In this document: positions 20,498-29,148 of the stretch, piece after piece | How positions within the stretch are numbered: the stretch's first letter is position 1 | Layout: every line of letters starts with the position of its first letter | Source of the DNA: an uncultured Gammaproteobacteria bacterium | Lineage (GTDB): Bacteria > Pseudomonadota > Gammaproteobacteria > CAYGNG01 | NCBI GenBank assembly: GCA_964351225.1 | Contig: CAYGNG010000007.1 | Span: forward strand, 2,590 to 66,589 | Length of the DNA: 64,000 nt | Reading direction: 5' to 3' | Position numbers and translations under genes: made by a program | Notes under the pieces: generated by a model | What the model was told of the DNA's origin: nothing | Databases searched by the model: none | Seen by the model: only the letters and a program-made list of their open reading frames with translations

Positions 20498-20514
20498 AGC
20501 AAACTCCATGCCAA
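20498..20514 (-). promoter_or_regulatory. Sigma-54 (-24/-12) promoter of the fliL operon
   Basis: Minus strand TTGGCATGGAGTTTGCT matches TGGCAC-N5-TTGCW with one mismatch, 34 nt upstream of fliL. Confidence 0.8.
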
Positions 20515-20574
20515 TTGAGATTCATCGATTAAATCAACGAGATAGAAACTTTTAACGGTATAAATAAAATCAAA

Positions 20575-20588
20575 GTCGATAATTTGAC
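20575..20588. promoter_or_regulatory. FleQ-like enhancer box 1
   Basis: GTCGATAATTTGAC, compared with the Pseudomonas FleQ consensus GTCaNTAAAtTGAC. Confidence 0.6.
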
Positions 20589-20617
20589 AAATAAGATAAT
20601 TGAACGGATTGCTTTTC

Positions 20618-20631
20618 GTCGATTTATTGAC
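20618..20631. promoter_or_regulatory. FleQ-like enhancer box 2
   Basis: GTCGATTTATTGAC, offset 43 bp from box 1. Confidence 0.6.
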
Positions 20632-20654
20632 ATCGGGCTGTTCGATGGCTAAAT

Positions 20655-20688
20655 CGATAACGAGTCACCCAACGCGTGCAGAAACATC
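20655..20688 (-). repeat. Dispersed 34-bp repeat, copy A (degenerate MITE end)
   Basis: Minus strand GATGTTTCTGCACGCGTTGGGTGACTCGTTATCG; first 31 nt are 26/31 identical to the copy at 25813. Confidence 0.7.
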
Positions 20689-20707
20689 AAAAATATAACC
20701 CTGGTGC

Positions 20708-21322
20708 TTACCGAGTATAAATCGGCTCTCTTGGGAAAAGTACACTTAATTTTTTAGCCTCTTCAGCGCTGAAATGCAGTTTATGTACTGCATGATGCCC
20801 AGCTAAAATATTTTTATTGAATTTAATCTTGTTTTCAATTGCTTGCAGCTCTGTCGATAAATGCGCAACGCGGCTGTTCATATTTCTCCCTATCGCCGTG
20901 CGATAAGCGTGATCTTGTGCATTTACGCTATGCGTGTTGTTTAGATGGTTAGCGATTTTTGCTTGAAAAGATTGGGCTAATTTTAACTGCTTGGCAAGCT
21001 TACGTTGTTTAGACAATAACGCGGTTAACGCTTGCTGATAGTATTCCTGCTCTTTGCTGTCGCGATTATCCCCTGCCGGCTCTCTTTGGGGTACTATGGG
21101 TTTCCTATGGGCAGCGGAATTTTCTGCATACTCGCCTTGATATTGGTGTACTTTCGTCTCGGGAAAATCTTGGATTTTTATTTTTACCTCTTGCTTTGCA
21201 CCAGAGATATGCCTATCAGAAAATACGACACCGCCATCTTGTTGTTTGGCTTTAAAAACCGTGATAGCAAAAGAAGGAGAAAAAAAACTCCATAACAGAA
21301 ACACGATAGCGATTTTTCTCAT
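20708..21322 (-). CDS. Exported DUF4124-like protein with a coiled coil
   Basis: Signal peptide (MRKIAIVFLLWSFFSPSFA) then VFKAKQQDGGVVFSD. Confidence 0.65.
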   Translation of the reverse strand: MRKIAIVFLLWSFFSPSFAITVFKAKQQDGGVVFSDRHISGAKQEVKIKIQDFPETKVHQYQGEYAENSAAHRKPIVPQREPAGDNRDSKEQEYYQQALTALLSKQRKLAKQLKLAQSFQAKIANHLNNTHSVNAQDHAYRTAIGRNMNSRVAHLSTELQAIENKIKFNKNILAGHHAVHKLHFSAEEAKKLSVLFPREPIYTR

Positions 21323-21462
21323 AGCCCGGCCTGCCGCAGTTGTAATATCTATACAGAGTATATACCCATCGCACACCCATGTAACCTTACAATGGTTCCG
21401 GGTTTGACGGTGTGCTCACGTTGACATTGGCGTCTAGAAAGAAAGTATCAACCGGCCCGGCA

Positions 21463-22023
21463 TTAAGTTAACCGCTTCATGTCTTGGATAATGGACTCGA
21501 GCGCACCACCGGAAACCAAGCCCTGATAAATATGAACCTGATTTTTCCTATCTTTATAGATGATAGCCGGTGTGGCAAGCCCATACCGCTCGATAAAGCG
21601 ATTGTTTTTTATCACGCGTGTAACCGCCTCTTTCGGTGATTTACCCGCTGCTTGGTTTCCACCTAATCCCGCGGTTAAATCATATTCTGACTCATAGTTT
21701 TGCAATGCCTCAAATTTATTGCGGCTATTTAAAATACCCGCAGACAGCGGCATGCTCTCGGATTGATTAAATGAAACCATTATCCAACGAGCAGCAAATT
21801 GTTTTGAATCCAGATACGGTTTCAATTCGTTAAATAATAAATGGCAATAATGGCAAGTTGGTTCAACGATAATATAGGCTTCATGTGGCGCAAGTTTGTC
21901 ACCACCATGAAACCAATTTGTTGTGGCGGCGGCATTGAAGGCACCCACCTCGCTATCCGCGTAGCTGCACTGAATTAATCCACTTAATGCCAGGATTGCC
22001 ATTGCTATTCTTACTATTTTCAT
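21463..22023 (-). CDS. Periplasmic thioredoxin-fold DsbG/DsbC-like protein
   Basis: Signal peptide, EPTCHYCH (CxxC), ARWIMV, ATPAII cis-Pro loop. Confidence 0.75.
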   Translation of the reverse strand: MKIVRIAMAILALSGLIQCSYADSEVGAFNAAATTNWFHGGDKLAPHEAYIIVEPTCHYCHLLFNELKPYLDSKQFAARWIMVSFNQSESMPLSAGILNSRNKFEALQNYESEYDLTAGLGGNQAAGKSPKEAVTRVIKNNRFIERYGLATPAIIYKDRKNQVHIYQGLVSGGALESIIQDMKRLT

Positions 22024-22056
22024 CGGATTCCCCTCTATTCGGACTTTCGCAAAACA

Positions 22057-22087
22057 CGCTATGCTTTGTTAAAAACAAAGCATAGCG
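22057..22087. repeat. Perfect 14-bp inverted repeat in a divergent intergenic region
   Basis: CGCTATGCTTTGTT-AAA-AACAAAGCATAGCG. Confidence 0.8.
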
Positions 22088-22174
22088 CCGTTTATCGTAA
22101 GTCCTATCTATACTAAACCCATCGGGCTGTTATAATATTTTCCAACTTTACACAACTATGGTTAGAAATAAAAG

Positions 22175-22606
22175 ATGTCTGAATTAAATCGACTCTGTTC
22201 AAAATTAAAGACAGGTGATCCCGACCAAAAGGCAATCAACGCCTTTTATCTCGCCCTCCTTAAAACTGATCTCTATATTCCCTGCTTTGCAATAAATGAG
22301 AAACCATCCGATGACAATAGCGAACCATGGCACCCATTATTTATCAAACAGGAAGATAGCTATTTTATAACGGCTTTCGATAATCTCGATCGGCTGCATT
22401 CATGGGCAAACATTGAACTTGATGGTATCGAAATTGTCAAAATGGTTGGCAAAACGCTATTTCCACGATTAACGGAGCACGTTCAGTTGAGCCTGTTTAT
22501 GGGTAAAGATATTCACAAAGTTTTTGCACCAGATGAAATTCATCACGTGCAAAAAATCATTCAAAAAATAAACTCTTTGACATTGGAAGTGCAAAAAAAC
22601 AACTGA
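22175..22606 (+). CDS. SseB N-terminal domain family protein
   Basis: FYLALLKTDLYIP...AFDNLDRLHSW pattern; 143 aa. Confidence 0.65.
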   Translation: MSELNRLCSKLKTGDPDQKAINAFYLALLKTDLYIPCFAINEKPSDDNSEPWHPLFIKQEDSYFITAFDNLDRLHSWANIELDGIEIVKMVGKTLFPRLTEHVQLSLFMGKDIHKVFAPDEIHHVQKIIQKINSLTLEVQKNN

Positions 22607-22619
22607 AGCCTTCGGCGCC

Positions 22620-22644
22620 ACAAGCAAGGCTTTGCCTTGCTTGT
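22620..22644. terminator. 11-bp hairpin between convergent genes (terminator or REP-like)
   Basis: ACAAGCAAGGC-TTT-GCCTTGCTTGT. Confidence 0.6.
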
Positions 22645-22669
22645 CGGATAGCCGCATTAAAAAAATACA

Positions 22670-23347
22670 TCAATCGCGTCCGTTGCCACTCATGGCGCCA
22701 AGCAATTGCAATAAACTCACAAACAAATTATAAATGGATACATACAATGAAATTGTCGCCATAATAAAATTTCTTTCTCCGCCGTGAATAATTTCGCTGG
22801 TTTTCATTAAAATTAACCCTGAAGAAAGCAACACAAAACCCGCTGACATCACAAGCTGCAAAACAGATGACTGTAAAAACAAACTTCCTAACATCATAAC
22901 AAGCAGAGCCATCATTCCAGCTAAAAGAAAACCGGCCAAATAACTAAAATCTTTTTGACTCACCAACGCGTAGGCGGATAAGGCAAGAAACACCATACCC
23001 GTGGCACCCACCGCGGTCATAATAAGTTGGCCACCATTAGAAAAACCGTGAATGTATAAATTAAGCAATGGCCCTAAGGTATAGCCCATAAAGCCGGTAA
23101 AAGCAAAACACGAAACCACGCCCCAGACGCTATTGCGAAGATATTGTGTCAAGAACAACAAACCATAAGAACCCATTAGCGAAAGCAATAATCCAGGACC
23201 TTGCATCGTCCCACTGAGCGTGGAAACCCAAGCGCAAACAGCGCTAAAGAACAACGTGAGGCTCAATAAAAGATAAGTTCTTCTTAATACTGTATTCGTA
23301 GCTAATAAAGTATTGTTACGACTACTAACCATCGACTCATTACGCAT
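22670..23347 (-). CDS. yccA: Bax inhibitor-1/YccA family membrane protein
   Basis: TNTVLRRTYLLL, FTGFMGYTLGP, GGERNFIMATISLYVSIYNLF. Confidence 0.92.
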   Translation of the reverse strand: MRNESMVSSRNNTLLATNTVLRRTYLLLSLTLFFSAVCAWVSTLSGTMQGPGLLLSLMGSYGLLFLTQYLRNSVWGVVSCFAFTGFMGYTLGPLLNLYIHGFSNGGQLIMTAVGATGMVFLALSAYALVSQKDFSYLAGFLLAGMMALLVMMLGSLFLQSSVLQLVMSAGFVLLSSGLILMKTSEIIHGGERNFIMATISLYVSIYNLFVSLLQLLGAMSGNGRD

Positions 23348-23513
23348 AGTGACTCCTAACCATTCAAAACGCGTAACTATTGTATATTGCCAATAACCAA
23401 TTTAAAAGCATTATGCGAATAATTTAGTCATTTAAATAAAATTATCCTTCCCGCTTATCAAAGCGGCTTTTCGATTGTAAAATCCTTGCCGCTTAAGGAA
23501 ATGGGCAACGAAC

Positions 23514-24173
23514 ATGAATACTATGTTATGGGCAAAACTGTTAAAATCAAGTGCGCTGCTTATTGTAATTAGCGCACTACTGGTAGTATTTTCCTATTAT
23601 TACATCGATAAGGCCGTGGTGCTTTGGGTGTCTGAACACCACCTTCGGGATAATAGACTCATTGAGTTTTTCACCCGGATCCCTAATTTGTTTTTTTTAA
23701 ACGGCTTCATGGTCGTGATAGTCCTCTATTGCCTTGCCGGCGTTTACGGTAAGCAATCCCCGATACTGGAAATTGCTTTTCGAATCGGAATGATCCTCTG
23801 TGCGAGTATCACGCTAAAAGATCAATTGAAATCTGTTTTTGGGCGTCCTTGGGCTGACACCTGGATCTGCCAAAATCCTTCTTTTCTTAAAAACCATCTC
23901 TATGGCTTTTTTCCATTTCATTCGGATGTGGCCTATTCTTCATTTCCATCGGGGCATACCTGTGCGACCGTACTGGTGTCGACTTTAATCGCATTGCTTT
24001 GGCCAAAATTTAAGTGGCCAGCGGTGTTTTTATCGGCACTTGTTGGGATCAGTTTAGTGCTCATGTGGTATCACTATGTGAGCGATGTGATCGCCGGCGC
24101 TTGTCTTGGCTATCTGTTTGCGCAATTTGGTTTCTACCTAACGAGACTGGACACACTCGCTGTAAAACGGTAA
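23514..24173 (+). CDS. PAP2-family phosphatase
   Basis: LKSVFGRPW, SFPSGH, HYVSDVIAG. Confidence 0.88.
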   Translation: MNTMLWAKLLKSSALLIVISALLVVFSYYYIDKAVVLWVSEHHLRDNRLIEFFTRIPNLFFLNGFMVVIVLYCLAGVYGKQSPILEIAFRIGMILCASITLKDQLKSVFGRPWADTWICQNPSFLKNHLYGFFPFHSDVAYSSFPSGHTCATVLVSTLIALLWPKFKWPAVFLSALVGISLVLMWYHYVSDVIAGACLGYLFAQFGFYLTRLDTLAVKR

Positions 24174-24216
24174 CGTGCCTATACTTTTTACCGTAAGCAC
24201 TAAAATACGAGTTACT

Positions 24217-25317
24217 ATGAGCGAATACTATATTGGCTGCTTAACCGGAACCAGCATCGACGCAGTGGATTGTGCCCTGGTTGCGTTTAGTAACATCAAC
24301 CAATTCCGCTTGCAAAACACGTACTCTCAAAAAATTCCCGATAACTTGCAAGATAGGTTACATACTGCCGCACTGGCTGATACCATTTCATTTAGTGACC
24401 TAGGCGAATTAAACGCTTTGCTCGGTGAGTTAATTGCGCAAGGGTGCCTGACATTATTAGAGCAATCACAAATAAAAGCCTCGCAAATTACCGCTATTGG
24501 CAGTCATGGCCAAACCATTCACCATGCCCCCAATCACGTTAAACCCTTTACCATTCAAATTGGCGATCCCAATATCATTGCGGCTCGTACTGATATTCTC
24601 ACCATTGCGGATTTTCGCGGGATGGATATGGCGCTCGGTGGCCAAGGCGCACCGTTAACACCGATTTTTCATCATTATTTATTTGGCGACCCCGCAAAAC
24701 AACGCATTATTGTTAATATTGGTGGCATCGCGAACATTACCTTATTAACTGGGAAAGATTATTTGGGTTTTGATTCGGGTCCGGGCAATACCCTTTTAGA
24801 TTCTTGGATCAGCCTCAACAAAGACTGCCCTTACGATCTCAGCGGAGAGTGGGCACGATCCGGTCAAGTCATTGCACCTTTATTAACTGCTATGTTGCAA
24901 TGTGATTATTTCAAGGCACCGCCCCCCAAAAGCACTGGGCGAGAATTATTTAATCCGACTTGGTTGGAAAAACACATAAAAAACCACGGTTACCCGCCAG
25001 AAGATGTGCAAGCAACCTTAACTGAGCTAACGGCTCAAACCATTACGGATGCAATTTACAACATAGCACCAACGAGCAATGAAATCATTCTTTGTGGTGG
25101 TGGTGCATTTAATACCTATTTGCTATCAAGAATTCAACACTTAAATCCAAAAGCGAGCGTTGTGACAACGGAACAATTCGATATACCGCCGAATTGGGTC
25201 GAAGCAATGGCTTTTGCGTGGTTTGCTTATTGCCGGATGCACAACACAAGACTCGACACATCCAGTAGCACCGGTGCTTATGATACGTATCTGCTAGGCA
25301 ATTTATTTAAAAAATAA
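24217..25317 (+). CDS. anmK: Anhydro-N-acetylmuramic acid kinase
   Basis: GTSIDAVD, GSHGQT, GGQGAPL, NIGGIANIT, DSGPGN, PKSTGRE. Confidence 0.95.
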   Translation: MSEYYIGCLTGTSIDAVDCALVAFSNINQFRLQNTYSQKIPDNLQDRLHTAALADTISFSDLGELNALLGELIAQGCLTLLEQSQIKASQITAIGSHGQTIHHAPNHVKPFTIQIGDPNIIAARTDILTIADFRGMDMALGGQGAPLTPIFHHYLFGDPAKQRIIVNIGGIANITLLTGKDYLGFDSGPGNTLLDSWISLNKDCPYDLSGEWARSGQVIAPLLTAMLQCDYFKAPPPKSTGRELFNPTWLEKHIKNHGYPPEDVQATLTELTAQTITDAIYNIAPTSNEIILCGGGAFNTYLLSRIQHLNPKASVVTTEQFDIPPNWVEAMAFAWFAYCRMHNTRLDTSSSTGAYDTYLLGNLFKK

Positions 25318-25374
25318 AAAACTGCTCGATGTTTATCGCCAACTGGTTGCGCTTTTTAGCCGAAACACAAACAG

Positions 25375-25596
25375 CTATTCTGTTTCTTCCAAAACAGACA
25401 CATCTTGAGCTTGCATGCCCTTTTGGCCATGTAATAAATCAAACTCTACTTTCTGACCGTCATATAATGAGCGATGCCCTTCACCACGAATGGCGGTATA
25501 GTGAACAAAAATATCTTCACCTTCACCACGAGTGATAAAGCCATAACCTTTCGCCCCATCAAACCACTTTACATTCCCAGTTACACGATCTGTCAT
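25375..25596 (-). CDS. Cold-shock domain protein
   Basis: GNVKWF..KGYGFI (RNP1), IFVHY (RNP2). Confidence 0.92.
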   Translation of the reverse strand: MTDRVTGNVKWFDGAKGYGFITRGEGEDIFVHYTAIRGEGHRSLYDGQKVEFDLLHGQKGMQAQDVSVLEETE

Positions 25597-25706
25597 TTTA
25601 AAAACCTTCATCCAATGGTTAACGCCTTTCCTAATCCATATAATTGGTACTACGTATTACAGATATTAATCTAACATTAACAGAATTTCAAAGCCATAAA
25701 AATTAT

Positions 25707-25844
25707 GTCACTATTCAGCAAAAAAACGGAATAGTTACTCTGGTTTTGACGCCGGGCAAGGCAAAGCCTTCGCGCTTAAGGAATGGGGTGGTTTTGTTCT
25801 ACTTTTACTTTCGATGTCTCTGCACGTTTTGGGTGAATAGTTAC
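25707..25844. mobile_element. 138-bp MITE-like element with terminal inverted repeats and an 8-bp target-site duplication
   Basis: Left end GTCACTATTCA and right end TGAATAGTTAC are 10/11 inverted. AAAATTAT lies directly outside both ends (25699-25706 and 25845-25852). Confidence 0.7.
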
Positions 25845-25885
25845 AAAATTATTATATAATAAGCACTTTAGATATCAGAGAATGA

Positions 25886-26857
25886 ATGAATAAAAAATTG
25901 CTCTGCCTCACCTCCGGTGGTGATGCGCCCGGTATGAATGCAGCGATCCGAGCCGTGGTGCGATCCGGTCATTCTTATGGTTTACAGGTCTTTGCTTCAC
26001 TCTATGGTTATAGAGGACTACTCGAACAAACCCTCATTCCGCTCGGTCCAGAAAGTGTTGCGAATATCATTCAATGTGGTGGCACCATACTCAAAAGCGA
26101 TCGGTGCGATGAATTTCGACAAAAATCGGTCCGAGACGCCTGCCGAGAATTTCTTGCTAAAGAACAAATCGATTTTCTTGTTGTCATTGGTGGTGATGGC
26201 AGTTTTCGAGGCGCTTATCTACTGGAAACAGAAGGTGGCCCTAAAACCATGGGGATTCCCGCCACTATCGATAACGATATCATTGGTACGGAATACACCA
26301 TTGGCTATGACACAGCAAGAAATACGGCACTTGATGCCATAGATAATATCCGTGATACCGCTGGTAGCCATGAAAGAAATTTCCTAATCGAAGTCATGGG
26401 CCGCCAGACCGGATTTTTAGCAACGGATGTAGGCATTGCTGGCGGCGCTGAATTAATTTTAATTCCTGAATTCCCGATTGATATCAACGAAATCACACGA
26501 CTACTGGCCAAATCCAAAAGGCAAAAATTATCTACCATCATCGTTGTCGCCGAAGCAAGCTCCCCAGGCAGAAGCATCGCTATCGCCGAAGAACTCAAGC
26601 AATTAACCAAGCAAGAATTTAGAGTGTGTATCTTAGGCCACACCCAAAGAGGTGGTAGACCATCCGCATTTGACCGACTCATGGCCTCACAAATGGGTGT
26701 CTTGGCAGTACAAGGGCTGCTAAATAATCAAAGCTTATGCATGGTCGCTCAAGTGCAAAATGCCTTGCAATATGTCCCTTTATCTAATATAGGAATAAAA
26801 AATCGACAACTGAGCGATAAGGGTTTGCTGGACATTTGTCGATTACTCGCTCGCTGA
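25886..26857 (+). CDS. pfkA: ATP-dependent 6-phosphofructokinase
   Basis: TSGGDAPGMNAA, GGDGS, TIDND, EVMGR, LGHTQRGG. Confidence 0.95.
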   Translation: MNKKLLCLTSGGDAPGMNAAIRAVVRSGHSYGLQVFASLYGYRGLLEQTLIPLGPESVANIIQCGGTILKSDRCDEFRQKSVRDACREFLAKEQIDFLVVIGGDGSFRGAYLLETEGGPKTMGIPATIDNDIIGTEYTIGYDTARNTALDAIDNIRDTAGSHERNFLIEVMGRQTGFLATDVGIAGGAELILIPEFPIDINEITRLLAKSKRQKLSTIIVVAEASSPGRSIAIAEELKQLTKQEFRVCILGHTQRGGRPSAFDRLMASQMGVLAVQGLLNNQSLCMVAQVQNALQYVPLSNIGIKNRQLSDKGLLDICRLLAR

Positions 26858-26889
26858 TGTTTCTGCACGTTTTGAGTAAATCGTTACAA
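26856..26889 (+). repeat. Dispersed 34-bp repeat, copy C, overlapping the pfkA stop codon
   Basis: GATGTTTCTGCACGTTTTGAGTAAATCGTTACAA is 30/34 identical to 25813-25846, same orientation. Confidence 0.8.
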
Positions 26890-26898
26890 GCGATATCA

Positions 26899-27684
26899 CT
26901 ACGGCCTTTGCCCCGGGTTTGCTCTGGGAAATGCGGTGTAAAAATTATTTGTGGTAATTTTTGCAACTTCTTCATAAGAAACTTGTCGTAACTGTGCAAT
27001 TTTTTCCGCAACAAAACGTACCCAACTCGGTTGATTTGGTTTCCCGCGATAAGGCATCGGCGCCAAATAAGGGGCGTCCGTTTCGATTAACATTCGCGTA
27101 AGGGGAATTTCAATGGCGATTTGCTGCAAATGGCGCGCATTTTGAAAGGTTACAATCCCAGAAAATGAAATATAAAATCCCAGATCGATTCCCGCTTTAG
27201 CAAACGCCAATGATCCGGTAAAACAGTGCAAGACACCACCAACCGCATCGGCCTTCTCTTCTCGCAAAATCCGCAAGGTATCGGCCTCAGCATCTCGAGT
27301 ATGAATTATCAAGGGTAAATTAAGATCTCTCGCTAAACGAATTTGTCTACGAAATCGCTCTTGCTGCCAACTGCCTTGGGTTCGATAATAATCAAGGCCA
27401 GTCTCTCCTATCGCAACCACACTGGGGTGAGTGGCATATTTAAGATAGTCGTTATCACTCGGCTCTTGCTCCACTTCTTCATTCGGATGCAGACCAACAC
27501 TGGCGCTGATCCAATCATATTTCTCAGCAATCGCTATCACATCTGGGGTGTTTTTCAACGTAATCGCCACGCAAAGAATGTGTTCTACCTTATCGCTTTT
27601 TGTTTGCTGAAGAAGAAGATCAAGATTATTTGAATATTCAGCTAGATTCAGTTGATCTAAATGACAATGAGAATCCACCAACAT
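26899..27684 (-). CDS. tatD: TatD-family hydrolase (YcfH-like)
   Basis: DSHCH, GLHP, GETGLDY, HTRDA, HCF, ETDAPYLAP. Confidence 0.93.
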   Translation of the reverse strand: MLVDSHCHLDQLNLAEYSNNLDLLLQQTKSDKVEHILCVAITLKNTPDVIAIAEKYDWISASVGLHPNEEVEQEPSDNDYLKYATHPSVVAIGETGLDYYRTQGSWQQERFRRQIRLARDLNLPLIIHTRDAEADTLRILREEKADAVGGVLHCFTGSLAFAKAGIDLGFYISFSGIVTFQNARHLQQIAIEIPLTRMLIETDAPYLAPMPYRGKPNQPSWVRFVAEKIAQLRQVSYEEVAKITTNNFYTAFPRANPGQRP

Positions 27685-27699
27685 CTGAAAACATCCTCA

Positions 27700-28182
27700 C
27701 TACATGGTATCGGTTCGACGATCGGATTGCGCTGAACCGGCCAAAAATGTTTCAATTTTTTTACGGATCTCTTCCGGCGTTTCCTCGGCAAATTGTACCC
27801 CAACACCCGCACTCAATCCGCCTTGTGCGCCTTTAGGCGTGATCCAAATGACTTTGCCTTTTATTTGATATTTTTCGGTGCCGTCCATCATTTTCAAATG
27901 GATAAATACTTCATCCCCCATTTCATATTTATCATTGGTCCGCACAAACAGACCACCATGCTTCACGAATGGCATATAGGCGCTATAAAGAGCGGCTTTA
28001 TCTGGTAGGGTTAATTGGATAATATGGTGATGAACCGCTTGATTCACGGTCATTCCTGCTGGCGCAGATATCGGCTTAGGTGCCGCGCTTGCCGCAGGCG
28101 GTGCTACCGGTTTGGCCTCGAGCTTTAGCTCTGGCTTAATAACATTAATCGCTTTGCTGTCGGATGGATTATTTTCCGGCAT
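27700..28182 (-). CDS. pilZ: Type IV pilus assembly PilZ protein with a Pro/Ala-rich N-terminal extension
   Basis: LYSAYMPFVKHGGLFV, GKVIWITP, GVGVQF, TDTM end; downstream of holB. Confidence 0.88.
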   Translation of the reverse strand: MPENNPSDSKAINVIKPELKLEAKPVAPPAASAAPKPISAPAGMTVNQAVHHHIIQLTLPDKAALYSAYMPFVKHGGLFVRTNDKYEMGDEVFIHLKMMDGTEKYQIKGKVIWITPKGAQGGLSAGVGVQFAEETPEEIRKKIETFLAGSAQSDRRTDTM

Positions 28183-28185
28183 CCT

Positions 28186-29148
28186 TTATTCCTTCGAGCA
28201 ACAATAAACCCAGTCGGCGAGTATATTCGTTAATTGTAATGGTTGATTAACATTAAGGTGAACCGTGCGCAAACGCTTCAACTCAATAAGCTTATCAACA
28301 AACTCAAATAGCTGTTTCACTGGAACACCTGCAACGATTCTCTTCATGCTCACATGAGTTCTACCATGTTCGTTCAGTAGTTTACTACGGATCAAATCAT
28401 TAAACCAAAACAACAATCTCTCCAAAATTACTAAATAATCAAATGCTTTCCATTTGGAAATAAATTGCTCTGGAATTATTGTGCCATGGCTCAGATTGAT
28501 CAGATCCGCCTCAAACTGCTTGATGAAAAAACCATCATCTTCAGCTATCGCCATAGCCTGCATGGGTAACCCTCCCGATTGCGCAATGATCGCATCGATT
28601 GGGGCACCAGGAGGTAATTTTGTTAATAGCCATGCCCTAAGCTCGGCTCGCGTAGGCAGAGGAAAGCGAACTGGAGTACAACGACTGCGAATCGTTGGCA
28701 ATAAAAAACTCGGCTTGTCGGTTGTTAAAATAAATACTGTCGCACCTGGCGGTTCTTCTAAAGACTTTAATAAGGCATTTCCCGCCATCCGATTCATCGT
28801 ATGTGCTTGCTTGAGGATAACAATTTTTTGCTGTGCTGCATTTGGGGATTGTGCCAAAGATTGAACAAGCGAACGGATTTGATCAATTTTTATGGATTTG
28901 TCATCGGCCGGTTCGATAATGTATAAATCCGGATGGGACTCGGCTAAAACCAACTTGCACGACTTACAGTCATCACAAGCCGCATCTTCTTTGCGATATA
29001 AACACAACAACCATTGTGCGAAATGACGTGCAACTGTCATTTTACCAAGGCCAGAAGGACCGGAAAACAATAAAGCATGGGGCAATCGCTCTTGCAAAAC
29101 CACGCGACCACACCACTGCCAAACCAGTTGACACCAAGGGTAAATCAT
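28186..29148 (-). CDS. holB: DNA polymerase III delta-prime subunit
   Basis: HALLFSGPSGLGK, CxxCxxC, HPD, NALLKSLEEP, TIRSRC. Confidence 0.95.
   Translation of the reverse strand: MIYPWCQLVWQWCGRVVLQERLPHALLFSGPSGLGKMTVARHFAQWLLCLYRKEDAACDDCKSCKLVLAESHPDLYIIEPADDKSIKIDQIRSLVQSLAQSPNAAQQKIVILKQAHTMNRMAGNALLKSLEEPPGATVFILTTDKPSFLLPTIRSRCTPVRFPLPTRAELRAWLLTKLPPGAPIDAIIAQSGGLPMQAMAIAEDDGFFIKQFEADLINLSHGTIIPEQFISKWKAFDYLVILERLLFWFNDLIRSKLLNEHGRTHVSMKRIVAGVPVKQLFEFVDKLIELKRLRTVHLNVNQPLQLTNILADWVYCCSKE

Noticed and set aside
20465-20509. Longer fliL start (MEFARL) given by the track
   Set aside because: That ATG lies within the sigma-54 promoter; the ATG at 20464 has a GGAG RBS.
25644-25859. 71-aa ORF across the csp-pfkA gap
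   Set aside because: It spans the MITE-like element and shows no transposase or other motif.
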